A stretch of DNA of 64,000 bases. It comes from Eutreptiella sp. 'Long Island Sound 2002' (Eukaryota; Protista; Euglenida). The DNA is taken from positions 806,001 to 870,000 of the forward strand of contig OZ038378.1 of the NCBI GenBank assembly GCA_964036045.1, read 5' to 3'. This document shows positions 12,722 through 24,200 of this stretch, piece by piece (positions within the stretch are counted from its first letter, which is position 1; the number at the start of each line of letters is the position of its first letter). The notes beneath the pieces are model-generated. The model was not told the origin of the DNA and searched no databases. It saw only the letters and a program-made list of their open reading frames with translations. The translations under genes and the position numbers were made by a program.

Positions 12722-14409
12722 CAGGCCTGGGAAATATCCATATCCGGAGTATCCCAGTATCCAGCAGGCCACGGAAAAATGGGATAAATGGGGGAAATGA
12801 GGGGAAATGAGGGGAAATGAGGAAAAATGAGGGAAAATGGGGGGAAATGAGGAAAAATGAGAAGCTTGTCCACACTTGATGGTTGTTGCACCTTTTTGAA
12901 CCACTTTGCATTGCCCTTGCATCGGTGTTGCCAATGCTTGTATTTGTTTACAGCCATGTAGTGACCTCCATGACAACTCTGGTGAGCCCGAATGTTGCAT
13001 CCGAAGCATTAGTAAGAAACACGTGCAAAAACAAAGGCGGATCGTCGGTTCACATAACGTTGTTGTGTGCAATGTGCACATGTCTACAGCGGTGGAACTA
13101 CACCATTATAGCAGAAGGACACATAGGACTTGTGTTGCTTCTCAGAACGAACGTGTTTCCAAATGGAAAACGATCGCTCCACATCGCAAGAATGTGGTGT
13201 CCCCGGGAAGGGGGTAGCGGGACCCCCCCCCCCCCTTCCCGGGCCCAACTTCCGTTTGAGCACACGGACCAAGGGCGGGGCCGTGTACCAAAAACTAAGT
13301 GTTTTTGTGTTCAGGGGATCATGTTTTGTTGGAAAAACATGCGCTTCACCCCAAGTGGCCCATTTGGGACCGTTTGCCATTTTGGTGCCCGGGAGGTATG
13401 GGATACTTCCCGGGAGTACATGTAGACCAGACCGGGGTTGCCGAATTGGGATGTAGACCATACATACTGACCAAGAACCCCTTGCTGATTGCACTTCCGG
13501 GTGGGAATCCTGATTTTGGGTGGCACACAACAATGGGCACAACGGACAATCCACAACACAATAGTTCACTTGTACGTTGTTGTTACTCCTTTCTTTGCCG
13601 CTTGTTGCTTTCATCCTTCACTCCCCCCGTCTTTTGTAACGCCTTCAACCCCTCATCCAAGTCATACATCTCCAGGATATGTGCGATCCCCCTTTTGCTA
13701 ATTCGGGGGTTACGCACAGACCACCCCCTAAAGCAGTTTTGCAGGTGTGTTTTGAATGGTGAGTTCCGCCGTTCAGTTGGTACGGAAGTGAACATGTACA
13801 TACTCCTATATTTCCTGAAAACTACCGTCGGAAGAATGATATTGGTGTCCGGCGAATGTGGGTTCGCGGGCCCCATTGTACTTGGCACTCGAATGCATCC
13901 CCAAAGAAGAAGCCTTTTTCCACGGGCCCTTCAATTTCTTGGATGACTGGGCATTCGAGAGCCAGCCACGATTCACAACCTCTCGCTTGGCCATGAATAA
14001 TTTACCCTCGTGAAGCCAAAAGGCCTGAGGGTCCATTTTATGTGACAGAGCTAAGCAAGAGATTGAGAAGGAAAAAGTAACAAACAACAATAGCAACAAA
14101 CACCAACATATGACACCAACACAAAATTGTATTCCAAGTGGTCTAGAGGTACCCGAGTCACAGAAAATCCGGCTTCCCACTACAACATCAAACAAAATTT
14201 GGTGACCATGATGGAACAAACCTTATGGATAAATGGGGGGAAATGGGACACATTTTGGTTCATCCCCATTTCCCCCATTTTTCTTGGGAGTCACCAATTT
14301 CCGTACAGGAACGTAAAGAAAAAAGTTAATATCCAAATATCCGGTGGAAAAGTGGGGGGGAAATGAGGTATCTGGAGGTATCCGGAAAATTGGATACTTC
14401 CTAGGCTTG
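12722..14409 (-). mobile_element. hAT-like DNA transposon derivative, 1688 bp, in kinase intron 2
   Basis: 19-bp imperfect TIRs CAGGCCTGGGAAATATCCA / TGGATACTTCCTAGGCTTG; TTCATT on both flanks (12716-12721, 14410-14415); subterminal (GGGGAAATGA)n; internal MDPQAFW...LSNAQSS weakly resembles a hAT dimerisation domain. Confidence 0.7.
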
Positions 14410-15354
14410 TTCATTGAACTAAGATCAATAGCAAAACAGAACTGCTCATGGGGTTCAACATGGCACATGGGATGAGAGGGAAAGAAAGACAGCAAAATGT
14501 GCAAACACAACCAACAACCAAATGTTTACCACTTTGACCACGTGTCACCTTAATCCTAGCTAAAAAAGGGGAGGGGTTTGGTGAAAATGCATATTGTCAT
14601 TTTTCACTAATTTTGGGGACGTGGAAAAAACCCGGGGGTTTGCCCAAACCATCACTGTGTCTGGAAACCCCCAAAGTCGATGGCCCCTGTGATGGGGTGT
14701 CATCCCCATGCCACGTTGTATCCTGTCCAATAGGACTTCACGCGGGGCCGGGGGTGTGGGGGGTAGATCTCCACCATGGGGGGCGCCCAGGTGCAGTCCT
14801 TGACCCCGACACCCCTTCAAATTTTTGGCCCCTTGAAGGGGCGGGAGGGAAGGGGGGGAAGGGGGGCACAGGACCAAAACCACCCCTTTGTCTGAACCAC
14901 CATGGTGTGCCAGCAATATTCACACCCATGCACCCGCGCAACCACCTCCCTGTCTATTCACGCCCAAGGCAACCTTGCTCCTCAACTCATAATGATCTCC
15001 ACTTATGGTGTTTCTCAAAAACCTTGCAATGAACAAAGTGGCACGGACGCGGTCGCCTAAAGGGTTAGCGTACCACAATAGAGGTCCACTCTACCTCCTC
15101 AACAATATCATGCTAGCTGTAGCCGCCCACAAGCCTAGCGGGCGCGGGGGGGGGGGGGGTGACAGATTGAGACCTCTTTGGCACGGCCCACACCAAATAG
15201 GGTGTCCTAGAGGGTGCCCAAGCCTGTGAGGCCGTTTCAACTGTTGTGCGTTTTGTACCACCATCTCATGGGCCGTGTGGTCCCGTGAGGCGGTCATTTC
15301 GTATCGTTTCTCGTTTCGCATCTACTGCTTCGTGTGGCGGCCTTTCAATCCTCT

Positions 15355-16274
15355 ACTAGTTGGCCAACACAACTCGGGAGTCCCTTATGGCTCTGGTGGG
15401 CCAAGCCTCCCTCCCCGCGCCATTGATGGGGATTAGGCAATGGCGGAGCCATGAAAAATATGCGAAAAATATGCGAAATAGGCAAAAATATGCGAAAATG
15501 TGCGACTCACAATATGCGATGTTTTTTGAAGATGATTCAAGCAAACATTTGGATCTTGGGATTCCGATCCCTACGTCAGGGAAGTTTTGAAAGAGTAGTT
15601 GCTATAAGTCCCAGTGTCCACATTTCTGCCCCTAATGGCCCCTCATGGTGTACGAGGACTTTTAGTTTGATGCTTGCCATATGCCCTAGTGTCCCAATTT
15701 CTGCCCAAGTGCCCCCTACCGGTGCTTTTTAATTTTTGGGCTAATGCTTGCCATATGTCCCAAAAAAAATTTCAGTAACTTGTGTAGCACATGCACATAA
15801 CAGGGTACACAATGGCCACTTGGTGATGATTCATCTTAGTCCAAGCGTCCCTCGAAATCACCATTATAGTGGGGTTCATGAGGAAATTGTTCCCGTCGTT
15901 GTTGTGGGGTTATGCATGTGCAACAGTGTGCCTTCACGCCCCCTTGACCTTTCCCACGTTTCACACGGTTCTGTTTTGTTGTCTCATTGCGTGATCTTGA
16001 CGGCTAATCTTCATGTGCATGGGAGTCTGGACTTTCCATGTTGAAAGAAAAAGGAGATCACACAACAGATGAATCGGTGACACATGACACCTAGACACAT
16101 CACTGTCACGGATCATTTGCCCAGTCCTAGCTAGACCTTCACCATTGACCATCCCTCTACACATAACACAACAGGCAACCCTTGGAAAATATGCGAAAAA
16201 AGTGCGAGAATGTGCGAAAATATGCGAATCGCATAACCCCCCCCCCCCCAGGCCATTGTGTGTGGCCAACTAGT
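15355..16274. mobile_element. MITE-like element with ACTAGTTGGCCA inverted ends and AAAATATGCG subterminal repeats
   Basis: 12-bp perfect inverted repeat (15355-15366 / 16263-16274), which may include a TA or CTAG target duplication; 10-11-bp repeats at about 15453-15520 and 16187-16235. Confidence 0.6.
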
Positions 16275-16614
16275 CCTACTACGCATGCCACTAAGGGGTT
16301 GTAACAAATACATACCAGATTTACGTATCATGCATACAAATGAGATGATATGGCCCAACTAGGGTCGTGGCGATCCAAGGTCACAATGCCGGTATACTCA
16401 AGGTAGGAACGCAACTGGCTTTTCCAAGTCAACCGCAACCCCTGTCATTGACTAGGCCATGTTTTTTTCTAAGAGTGTACGTAGATCCCGAGACTATCTC
16501 GTATTGTTGCAGCACTATTGCAGCTTCATCAAAACAAAAAAATTCAGAGTGAGAATTGTATCCTTTTTCCTTGGGGCATGCTCATGGATGGGTCCGGTGA
16601 TGACTTGATTCGTC

Positions 16615-16830
16615 CTATTCTTTTACTAATGGTACATGAGTGCTTGGCCTTGGGCGGGGAATAGATGTCTTCGTATAGTGCTTGTGCGCGCCTTTGCAAA
16701 CCATTCTGTATATCACGAGATCGGGCTCCACCTGCGCCAGGACTTCATCCTTGGTTTTTTGAGCCCAAGACGGGTGGGCAATTGTATGCCCCAAATACCG
16801 GAATATGGGGGTTCGCATAAGGATGTCTTT
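16615..16830 (-). pseudogene. Short decayed non-LTR reverse-transcriptase fragment
   Basis: IFRYLGH resembles RT motif 7 (F.YLG); no other support. Confidence 0.3.
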
Positions 16831-17255
16831 GCCATTCCACCAAAATACATCGTAGTGTGGTGTCTGTTTCCGTTGCTTGCTCCAAGGGATCGTAACTCAC
16901 CTCTAGATTTCTGTCTTGCATGGGTGTCAGATTTCTGTCTTGCCTGGGTGTGTTTCAAAAGGTCTCACTTTGAATCAGGGGAATCGGGGTTGGTTGGTGT
17001 AGGATGAGCCTTTTGCGCAATCTTCCGCCGCTTTGGTGCTGGGGTGTTCCTCAGCATTGCCTTTTACAGGGTTTGTGCGAAGGGTGAACACTCGCGGTCT
17101 TGCATCCAATGCACTCTTGGAAGGGCAATACTCTTAGCCACTGGGGCCAAAGGGTGCTACTAATGTTGCTATTGCTCCTATTACTTACACTATTGCATCA
17201 ACTTCCTGGAGCGAGGCCAACGGAGGAGGTCGGGGTCCCAGGGTGTGTAAGGATC

Positions 17256-17345
17256 AAAGTGGCTACATAACCCCTGCCTTCTCGGGGTTGCCCAATAAGT
17301 GGACCAAATCAGAGGTGGCTGCAAAAAATCCTGCCTTCTTGGCAG
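17256..17345 (+). repeat. Dispersed repeat motif AAAGTGGCTACATxACCCxTGCCTTCTCGGGG (also 32727-32759 and 48583-48612)
   Basis: Three dispersed copies; the first has a degenerate tandem second unit. Confidence 0.8.
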
Positions 17346-18499
17346 CCCAAGGAGAACACCCCAAAAAACTGAGCATTTTGAGTTTAAACACATGGGGTGA
17401 CCTGTTTTACCAGCCCCTTCAAATGGGGCACAGTGATGGATATAACTCGGGGGTGGGTCCGACCCGCCCCCCCCCCCCCCTGGTCACAAAAAGGTCATGA
17501 TACTTGGTCACAAAAAGACTGCCCTAAAACCGGCCGTTTTGGGCAACCCTCAGCCCGTACATAAATGGAGTGGGGGGGGGGGGGGGGTGATGCAACAACA
17601 GACATGAAAGGCACAGAGCCCTATGGATGCAACATTTCCAATGCCATTAAATGTCATTCAATGTCATTCACTGTCATCACTCACAGTGACAATATTGTCT
17701 TGCCCGCTGCACCTACCGCGACTTGACGTGTCATTATCACTGTCACTATCGCTGCCACTGCCACTGGATGAACGTGTACTGATAGATGCAAAGGAGGATG
17801 GGGAGGCAAAAAGGAACAAAAGGGCCTGGAACTACAGAATACAGACACAGTGTACAAATACCTACAGTTACAATAAATTTGCAGTACAGGCAGGCACAGG
17901 AGACATTCCACCGGAGACACCTTGTTTGGTCACAATAGTTTTGGGGTTTGCACTTTCCCACTATGGCCCTTTAATTTTGTTTGTGACCAGTCACAAAAAA
18001 TGACCCTCCCCCACCCCCCCCAGACCCGGACCCCGCAAGTGGCACCAAATTATATCCATCACTGATGGTGCACCAAAATTGTCCGGCGCCTGTGGCACTA
18101 CTCAATTTCTCCATATTGGCTTGTACTATGGTTGAGACCTTTTAAACATGTGGGTGGGGGGGGGTTCGGGACTGCATCTAGGCGCCCCCTGTGATCTCCA
18201 CCCCAGACGGGCGCCCACCGCCGCGCCGGAGGGATGGGTGCACTGCAAGGCGCTCCATGGTCCACCACTGCTGACAAGTTGGTGGAGGGGGGTTTGGAGT
18301 GTGGATGCGACTTGTGGGTGCAGCCCCGCCCGAGAGACCCCACAGAATTCGGTGCTCAGAACACTGTAGTGACGGACCGCGTTCCCAAAGACCCATTGAT
18401 TTGCGCCCCGTGGGTTGCAATAAGCACTGCAGGCCTACGCGCAGTTGTGTCATGGTGGTTCAGGACAGGGAACAGCGAGGAATTGGGGTGGACAGTGAC

Positions 18500-18638
18500 C
18501 AAAGAGCACTTGCCGAATGTAGTGCTGCGCCACCTCGTCCTCGAAGGCGCCGTAGTTCTGCAAAAGCCCGGCGATGCAGCCTCCGGAGACGTACTCCATC
18601 AGAATGGCAAAGTGCTCTCCGCGGTCTGAACCGAGGCA
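18500..18638 (-). CDS. Exon 2 of the MAP3K-like kinase (subdomains IV-VIa), 139 nt, absent from the ORF track
   Basis: CAG|TGC CTC GGT...CTC TTT G|GT translates CLGSDRGEHFAILMEYVSGGCIAGLLQNYGAFEDEVAQHYIRQVLF-G; phase 0 at the 5' end fits NIVQ|, phase 1 at the 3' end completes G-LEYLH. Confidence 0.93.
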
Positions 18639-19124
18639 CTGAGTGACAGGCAGAGAGGCAGTGGACCACCAGGAGGATCACGGAGGATGGGCAGAGATGC
18701 ACCGCACGGCCCCTGCTTGCTACTGGACCCAACCCTCCCACTGCACCCCATGCACCGCAGTCCCATGCACTGCTGCACTGCTGCACTGCTGCGTCCAAGG
18801 GACGCAAAACTTCCACCCGCACGGCCCAATGTGCATCCGAGGGGGGCAACTGGCTGGGGAGGCACCTCAGACCTGCCACAGGCACCTCGGACCTGCCACA
18901 CTCCACCCTCCAGTTCGGGGTTCTGGGTGAAAGGTGGGGCACAGGTTGACGTTACATGAGTGCCATGCCCTCCTCCTTGCCGCCGCCAAAACTGCACAGA
19001 AGCTCAGGGGTGGTGCTGCAGGTGAACCTCAACCCCTCTGCCAATCCACCACCCCAACCAGTCCCTTCCGCCCCCAGCCAGGAACACCATATGCAGAAAA
19101 AAGTGCCAACCCACTCTTGGCCTG

Positions 19125-19156
19125 CCTAACCCTAACCCTCACCCTAACCCTAACCC
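19125..19156 (+). repeat. Interstitial telomere-type repeat (CCCTAA)n, about 5 units
   Basis: CCTAACCCTAACCCTCACCCTAACCCTAACCC. Confidence 0.85.
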
Positions 19157-20699
19157 AGAGCCAACATTCCTTGTGAAAAAAGAAAAAGGAGGTCTTCAGG
19201 AACGTCCTGCCCCCAGCCTGACCGCTGCCCCTGTGTACTGTGTACGCTGTGTAGGGCGGCCTGTTCGGATCTTGACACCAAACCGTGTGCGGAAACTTTT
19301 GGGGGCCTGGAAGGAGGAGGAGGTGGGTCGGCCGGTTGGCCGGTCAGCCGCCGGGGTCCCGGCCATGAAGCAACGGATACTTGGCTACCGAACGCCCCCG
19401 TGTCACAGGCGACCGGTCATTGCCACGCAAAGTTCAATCAGTTCCTCGTATTGTGCATTAATCACGACTGGAATGTTCCTTTGTGTACCTGCTCACAGGT
19501 CTGCTCTGCTTACGAAACACCAATACTATAGCACCTCAAAATCGTCTACCTCAAGCGATCCTCAACATGAAGATCTCAACTTCGATATCATTGCACCTTG
19601 ACATAATGTAATATCATGCCTTCCGAGTTCCCCCGGCTGGAGACCCACAAGTGAAGCTTAAAAGCGTTGCAGAGGCTCTACAGTGCTCCCCGACACTCAT
19701 TCGGTCTTGGGGAATCCAACAGCGGGCCATAGGAAGCTTTACGCCCCTGCCCAAACGTCAGCGACACTCAGAGAGAGCGAAGGCTGACAGGTCGTTGCCA
19801 ACACTTAGAGAAACCGCGGGTAGTGGGGTCAGGGCCGGAGGGGCCCTGAAGCATCAAGTTCGGCTGCCTGTACTCAAACAAAATGTAAAATCTATATATA
19901 CTGATCACTGTCTGGTCGGCTCGGCATGTTGAAAAGAAGCAGGCTCAAAACTGATCATCTAACTCCTGATGTGCCGGTGACATTTCCACTAGAGCCGCAT
20001 TCGGCCACTGCTCCTGACAGGTGTCCAGATGCAACCGAGCAACGGGGCTCAACTACGCGCATGTCCAAGACAATCAATTAATCCCGGGGTGGGGGGGGGT
20101 CCCGGGGTTGGGGGGGGGGGGGTCTGTGGGTATCCCAACATACATACCTCAGAATGATCCCCATGACGCGCTGATCATTTTGAATATACACAACTGGGGT
20201 AAAAAAATTTTCAGAAAGAATTTGCCCATCAGCTCAGGCTCCCAGCAGCCAAGGTCCGATCCAGAGGTCAGGTCAGGGGTCAAATTTGTTTTCATGTTTT
20301 TCAATCGTTTTTGAATTCTCCACAAAATTCTTAGTACTTTGAGTATAGACACATATGGTGAAAAAGGAAAATTACCCACTCAAGACGCCAAGAAAAAAAT
20401 AATCGGAGCCTTTGGCGCCATCACTTTTCCCAAATATCTCAATTTGGAGAAAGACATGTTCACTTCGAGGGGGGGTGGGGGTAATGCAGAAGGGTACACC
20501 TGTACAACAGCCCAAAGGACACCTCTTATCCGGAGGAAGGGTGTTTGATGGGACACAGGTGGTGGAAACGGCAAGGGGACAAGACATTTGCCCGCAAAGG
20601 GGGGGAGGGGTAGGTCAACGAAATTGTGAGCCCTTGAGTGTGAAAGTGCTGGAGGTATTTTTGAAAAACCATTGCCATTGGGATCACCAAAATCATCAA

Positions 20700-20868
20700 A
20701 ATCAAAAAATCCATTGGGAAATCATTTTGTCTGGCAAAATAATGATTTTACAAGGGGTTAGACATCCAATATCATGCCTTCGGGTATGCTATGCGAGCGA
20801 CCCCCAAAAAGGGGGGTGTACGGGTCTGCGCCTGTGCTTGATCTAACGACCTCTGTTCGAGGTGATTT
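20700..20868 (+). repeat. Dispersed structured repeat, copy 1 (others about 37142-37400 and 49379-49611)
   Basis: Shared core TTTACAAGGGGTTxGACATCCAATATCATGCCTTxGGGTATGCTA...GCTTGATCTAAC and a common right boundary AGGTGATT. Confidence 0.9.
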
Positions 20869-21065
20869 ATCTCAGTCAATACATTTAAGCCGCGATAAAA
20901 ATAATAAACCTTAACACAAAACAAAATGAGGGGGAAAACAGTATGTAAAACCCTCAAAAAGTACCTTTCATAATGACGGAGGGGCTGCCCTGCATCCCTC
21001 ATTTGGGCTGCTAGGCTCTGGCACGGATACCGAACCAAAAATCTCTGAAACCCTGACCCCCGGAC

Positions 21066-22110
21066 CTGCACGATGTTCGGATGGTGCAGGTTCTTCAGCA
21101 GTGCTACTTCGGACTCCATGGCCTGGATGTCCGCCTCCTTATAGCCATGCGCCAGCTGCTTGATGCAGATCAGTTCCCCAGTGTTGTGGCACATGCCCAG
21201 GTACACCTCCGCGAACCCCCCGCGACCGATCAGATTCGCGACGCTGTACCGCAGAGGCCTCTGCCGCTTCGCAGGGGTCAGCCTCAGCGCTGAGCAGCTG
21301 GAAGAGTCGCCCACCAAGCTGCCGGACGATGACGACGATGAGCACCATGCCCAAGGTGCTCTCCGAGTTTGGGATGTGCCGCGATGCTCTGCGCCCCCGC
21401 TTCTGCACCCTGGACTCTGACTGGGGGTACAAGCCCAACAGCAGCATGAAGATCGGCAGGATCGCGTTGCCGCCCTGGAAGACACACAGCTCCACAGGGT
21501 GCAGGGCATGCGGGAAAACGGAGAGGCCGAAGGCGCGCATGGCAACGCAGAGGATGGACGGCAGCAGCGCCACGACGCAGAAGAGCAGGCGCTGCACGGC
21601 CTTGCGGGAGAGGGTGGTGAGGAGCCAGAAGGAGTGGACGCCGCAGGCGGCCCACAGGAAGTCCGTGGCGATGAAGGCGGAGGTCGCGCAGAGCGCCCCC
21701 AGCCCTGGGCGGGCCCTGCACTTGGGGGCTGGCTCGTGGGCCGCCGCATCCTCCTGCACCGTGTCCTCCAGTGCGTTGCAGAGCACGTGGATGCTGCCCG
21801 TGGAGCTCACGCTGCGGCTCCGGAAGTCGGGGACGTCGTGGGAGGGCTTGCCCTGGGGACTGGCCTCCGCCCACTGCTCTCGGGTGTGGCTCGCAGCGTT
21901 GATAGCAGTGGCCTTGCGCTGCAGGACGCGCCGGAGGCCTGGCAGCAGGACGAGCAGACTGCAGCTGAGCCCCATCACGCCGAAGGCCACAGAGACGAAG
22001 CTGAGCGGATGGGGCTGCCAGCGGATCAAGGCGCTGAAGCACGCCAAGTGCAAGCTGGCGCACAGGGCCACGGCGGGCAGCCACATACTGGGGTCAGTGG
22101 ACCTATCCAT
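21066..22110 (-). CDS. Exon 1 of MAP3K-like kinase: multipass membrane region plus kinase subdomains I-III (contains an apparent 1-nt frame discontinuity)
   Basis: Hydrophobic, GC3-rich frame (MDRSTDPSMWLPAVALC...PIFMLLLGLY), then in another frame LIGRGGFAEVYLG...ICIKQL...MESEVALLKNLHHPNIVQ|GT; candidate acceptor CAG at 22127-22129, 16 nt before the ATG at 22110. Start codon is inferred. Confidence 0.8.
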
Positions 22111-22242
22111 GCCGTCGGAACAAACACTGCATAGGGTGTGGCGCAGGGCCATAAAAAACGCAGGGCCCAATCCGAAGACCATGGCCACAGGGGGTTGGGG
22201 CACGGCCCGAGTACACCAAGGAAGACGCGCACCACAAAGCTG

Positions 22243-22637
22243 GGCGACCTGAAAATTGCTCTACGGGGGGGGGGGGGGGGACACGGAGGCCCATTCTCCC
22301 AAACCCCCCCCTCCTTGGCCGTCGTGACGGGAGGGGGGGGGGGGTTCAGGGCGGGGGTGCCGGGGGGGGGGGGGTCAACCCAATATCTATGGCTCAAAAT
22401 GAGACCCACGTCGCGCTGATCATTTTGACTACTCAAATGTGGAGGGGGGGGGGATTATTGGTGGAAAAAGCTTTTTCGAGCCAAAATTTGTGTTCCTGGG
22501 CCTTCGGCGCCAACATCCGTTCTTACACAAAACAAAGGGCCCGACATGGAAGCCCATTTCTCCACCCCCCCCCCCCTCCTTCGGCGGGCGTCCATGTCAC
22601 CCCCCCCCCCCCTTCGCAGAGCAATTTTCAGGTCGCC
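22243..22637. mobile_element. MITE, 395 bp, 20-bp perfect TIRs, CTG target duplication
   Basis: CTG|GGCGACCTGAAAATTGCTCT...AGAGCAATTTTCAGGTCGCC|CTG; second copy at 45159-45573. Confidence 0.85.
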
Positions 22638-23929
22638 CTGCCCAAACCTCACCCGCACCAACACCCTCACAACAGGGCACCACAAAACCATCTGTACCCC
22701 CCCCCCCCCCCCTGCGACAACAATGGTCAAAAGCACTTAATAGGACGGAATCAATCCCTACTGCTACATTGACGAGGGCGTTGTTCTCACACGCACAGCA
22801 AGAAGACACAAGCATTCACCATTGCGTTGCGAATGTACTAGTCGCCAGGTTGATCCCGACGCTCCACCTCCAAAACAAGAATCGGTGAGAGTGGGTGGCA
22901 GGTCCCTACAATACCATGCACAGCTCCAAATCACAAAACGTCCATGGTCTTCATGGACAACCACAAAACGGAACCGCCCGCCATGGTTCCAACATGGCCA
23001 GGTTGCGGACAACCAAGTTGCAGAAACAACATCCAAGCTTGTGCCAACGCGGGTGGTGTTATGGCAACAGGGGGTAGGCAAAGTTCAGCATGCCGTCATT
23101 GGCCATCAAGTGCATCAAGACGGAGGAATGGCAGCCCTTATTAACCTTGTACCTCATTCAAAACGACAGCAGAGGGCCACCTCTCAGGGCTGGCTTTGCA
23201 TTTTGTAGGATGGGTCTGGGTTTCTTATTCTTTGGCACAAAAGCAATTTGGGCAACAAACTTGATTTCCGCCCACTTGTTTACATTCAAAATGCTCACAA
23301 TGGGTTAGGGAGTGCTTAATCTGCTTAATCTGCTGGCCAGGAGGCCTTTGCTAATTCACAGGTACATCTAGGTACATCTGTTGGAATCCGGTACTGTTTT
23401 TCATTTGTTCTGAGTGGTAAAACCAAATTTCACCCCACTTGTGTATATGCAACATGCTCACAATGAAATGGGGAATTCAAAAATGCCGCCCAAAATGGAG
23501 AAAACCACGCGGGCGTTGGTGTCTAGAACTGAACTGCAGACCCCCCCCCCCCGCGCGTGGCTAAATGTACATCCGAGTACGCATCACATTTCTTCGACTA
23601 TGGACAGGCCCTTGGTGATCTCCGGTCCCAGCGCTGTCATGTACCCCTCTTTGTGGAGGGACATACCCACCATGAAGAGACTGTCCGAACCTTTGAGGCA
23701 GCATGATGAGTGGATTTTATGTCCTTGTGATCTGATGTTTGCCATCCTGGGGAGGGCAATGAAGTGCATGTACGGACCAAGCTGCCCATGGCATTTGAGG
23801 GCAAGCTCTACTTTGCGATGGCTGCGATGCAATTGCCAGTTCTAAGCAAGTGCCAACTAGTATGGGTTGAGGGGTCCAGAACGGGCCATAAAGCAACGGA
23901 TACAGAGCTCACATATGCCCCCGCCTCAC

Positions 23930-24200
23930 AGGCATATGGTCATCGCCACAAACCTCAGTTCATTGTTGGACCTGCTGCACTGCAGCACACCGCGGACGAG
24001 GGCCGAATGTTGCCTTGGGCTCACCGCCATCGGCGACTATCGAATGTTTCTTGGCCCGTTTGGGTAAGAACTCTCACCCCCACTGAGCTGGTTAGGCGTG
24101 CTTCCCAGAAGACAAAGTGTTCAGTAACGGGACGTTCGGGACATTCAGGGCTTCCCAACCATCCTTGGGGTTCGAACCCCCGACTCGAGGACTGGCGTTG
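23930..24200 (-). mobile_element. tRNA-related SINE-like repeat, homologous to about 27170-27540
   Basis: Both regions share GCCGAATGTTGCCTT...TTTCTTGG and a minus-strand B-box-like CGAGTCGGxGGTTCGAAxCCCC. Confidence 0.5.
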
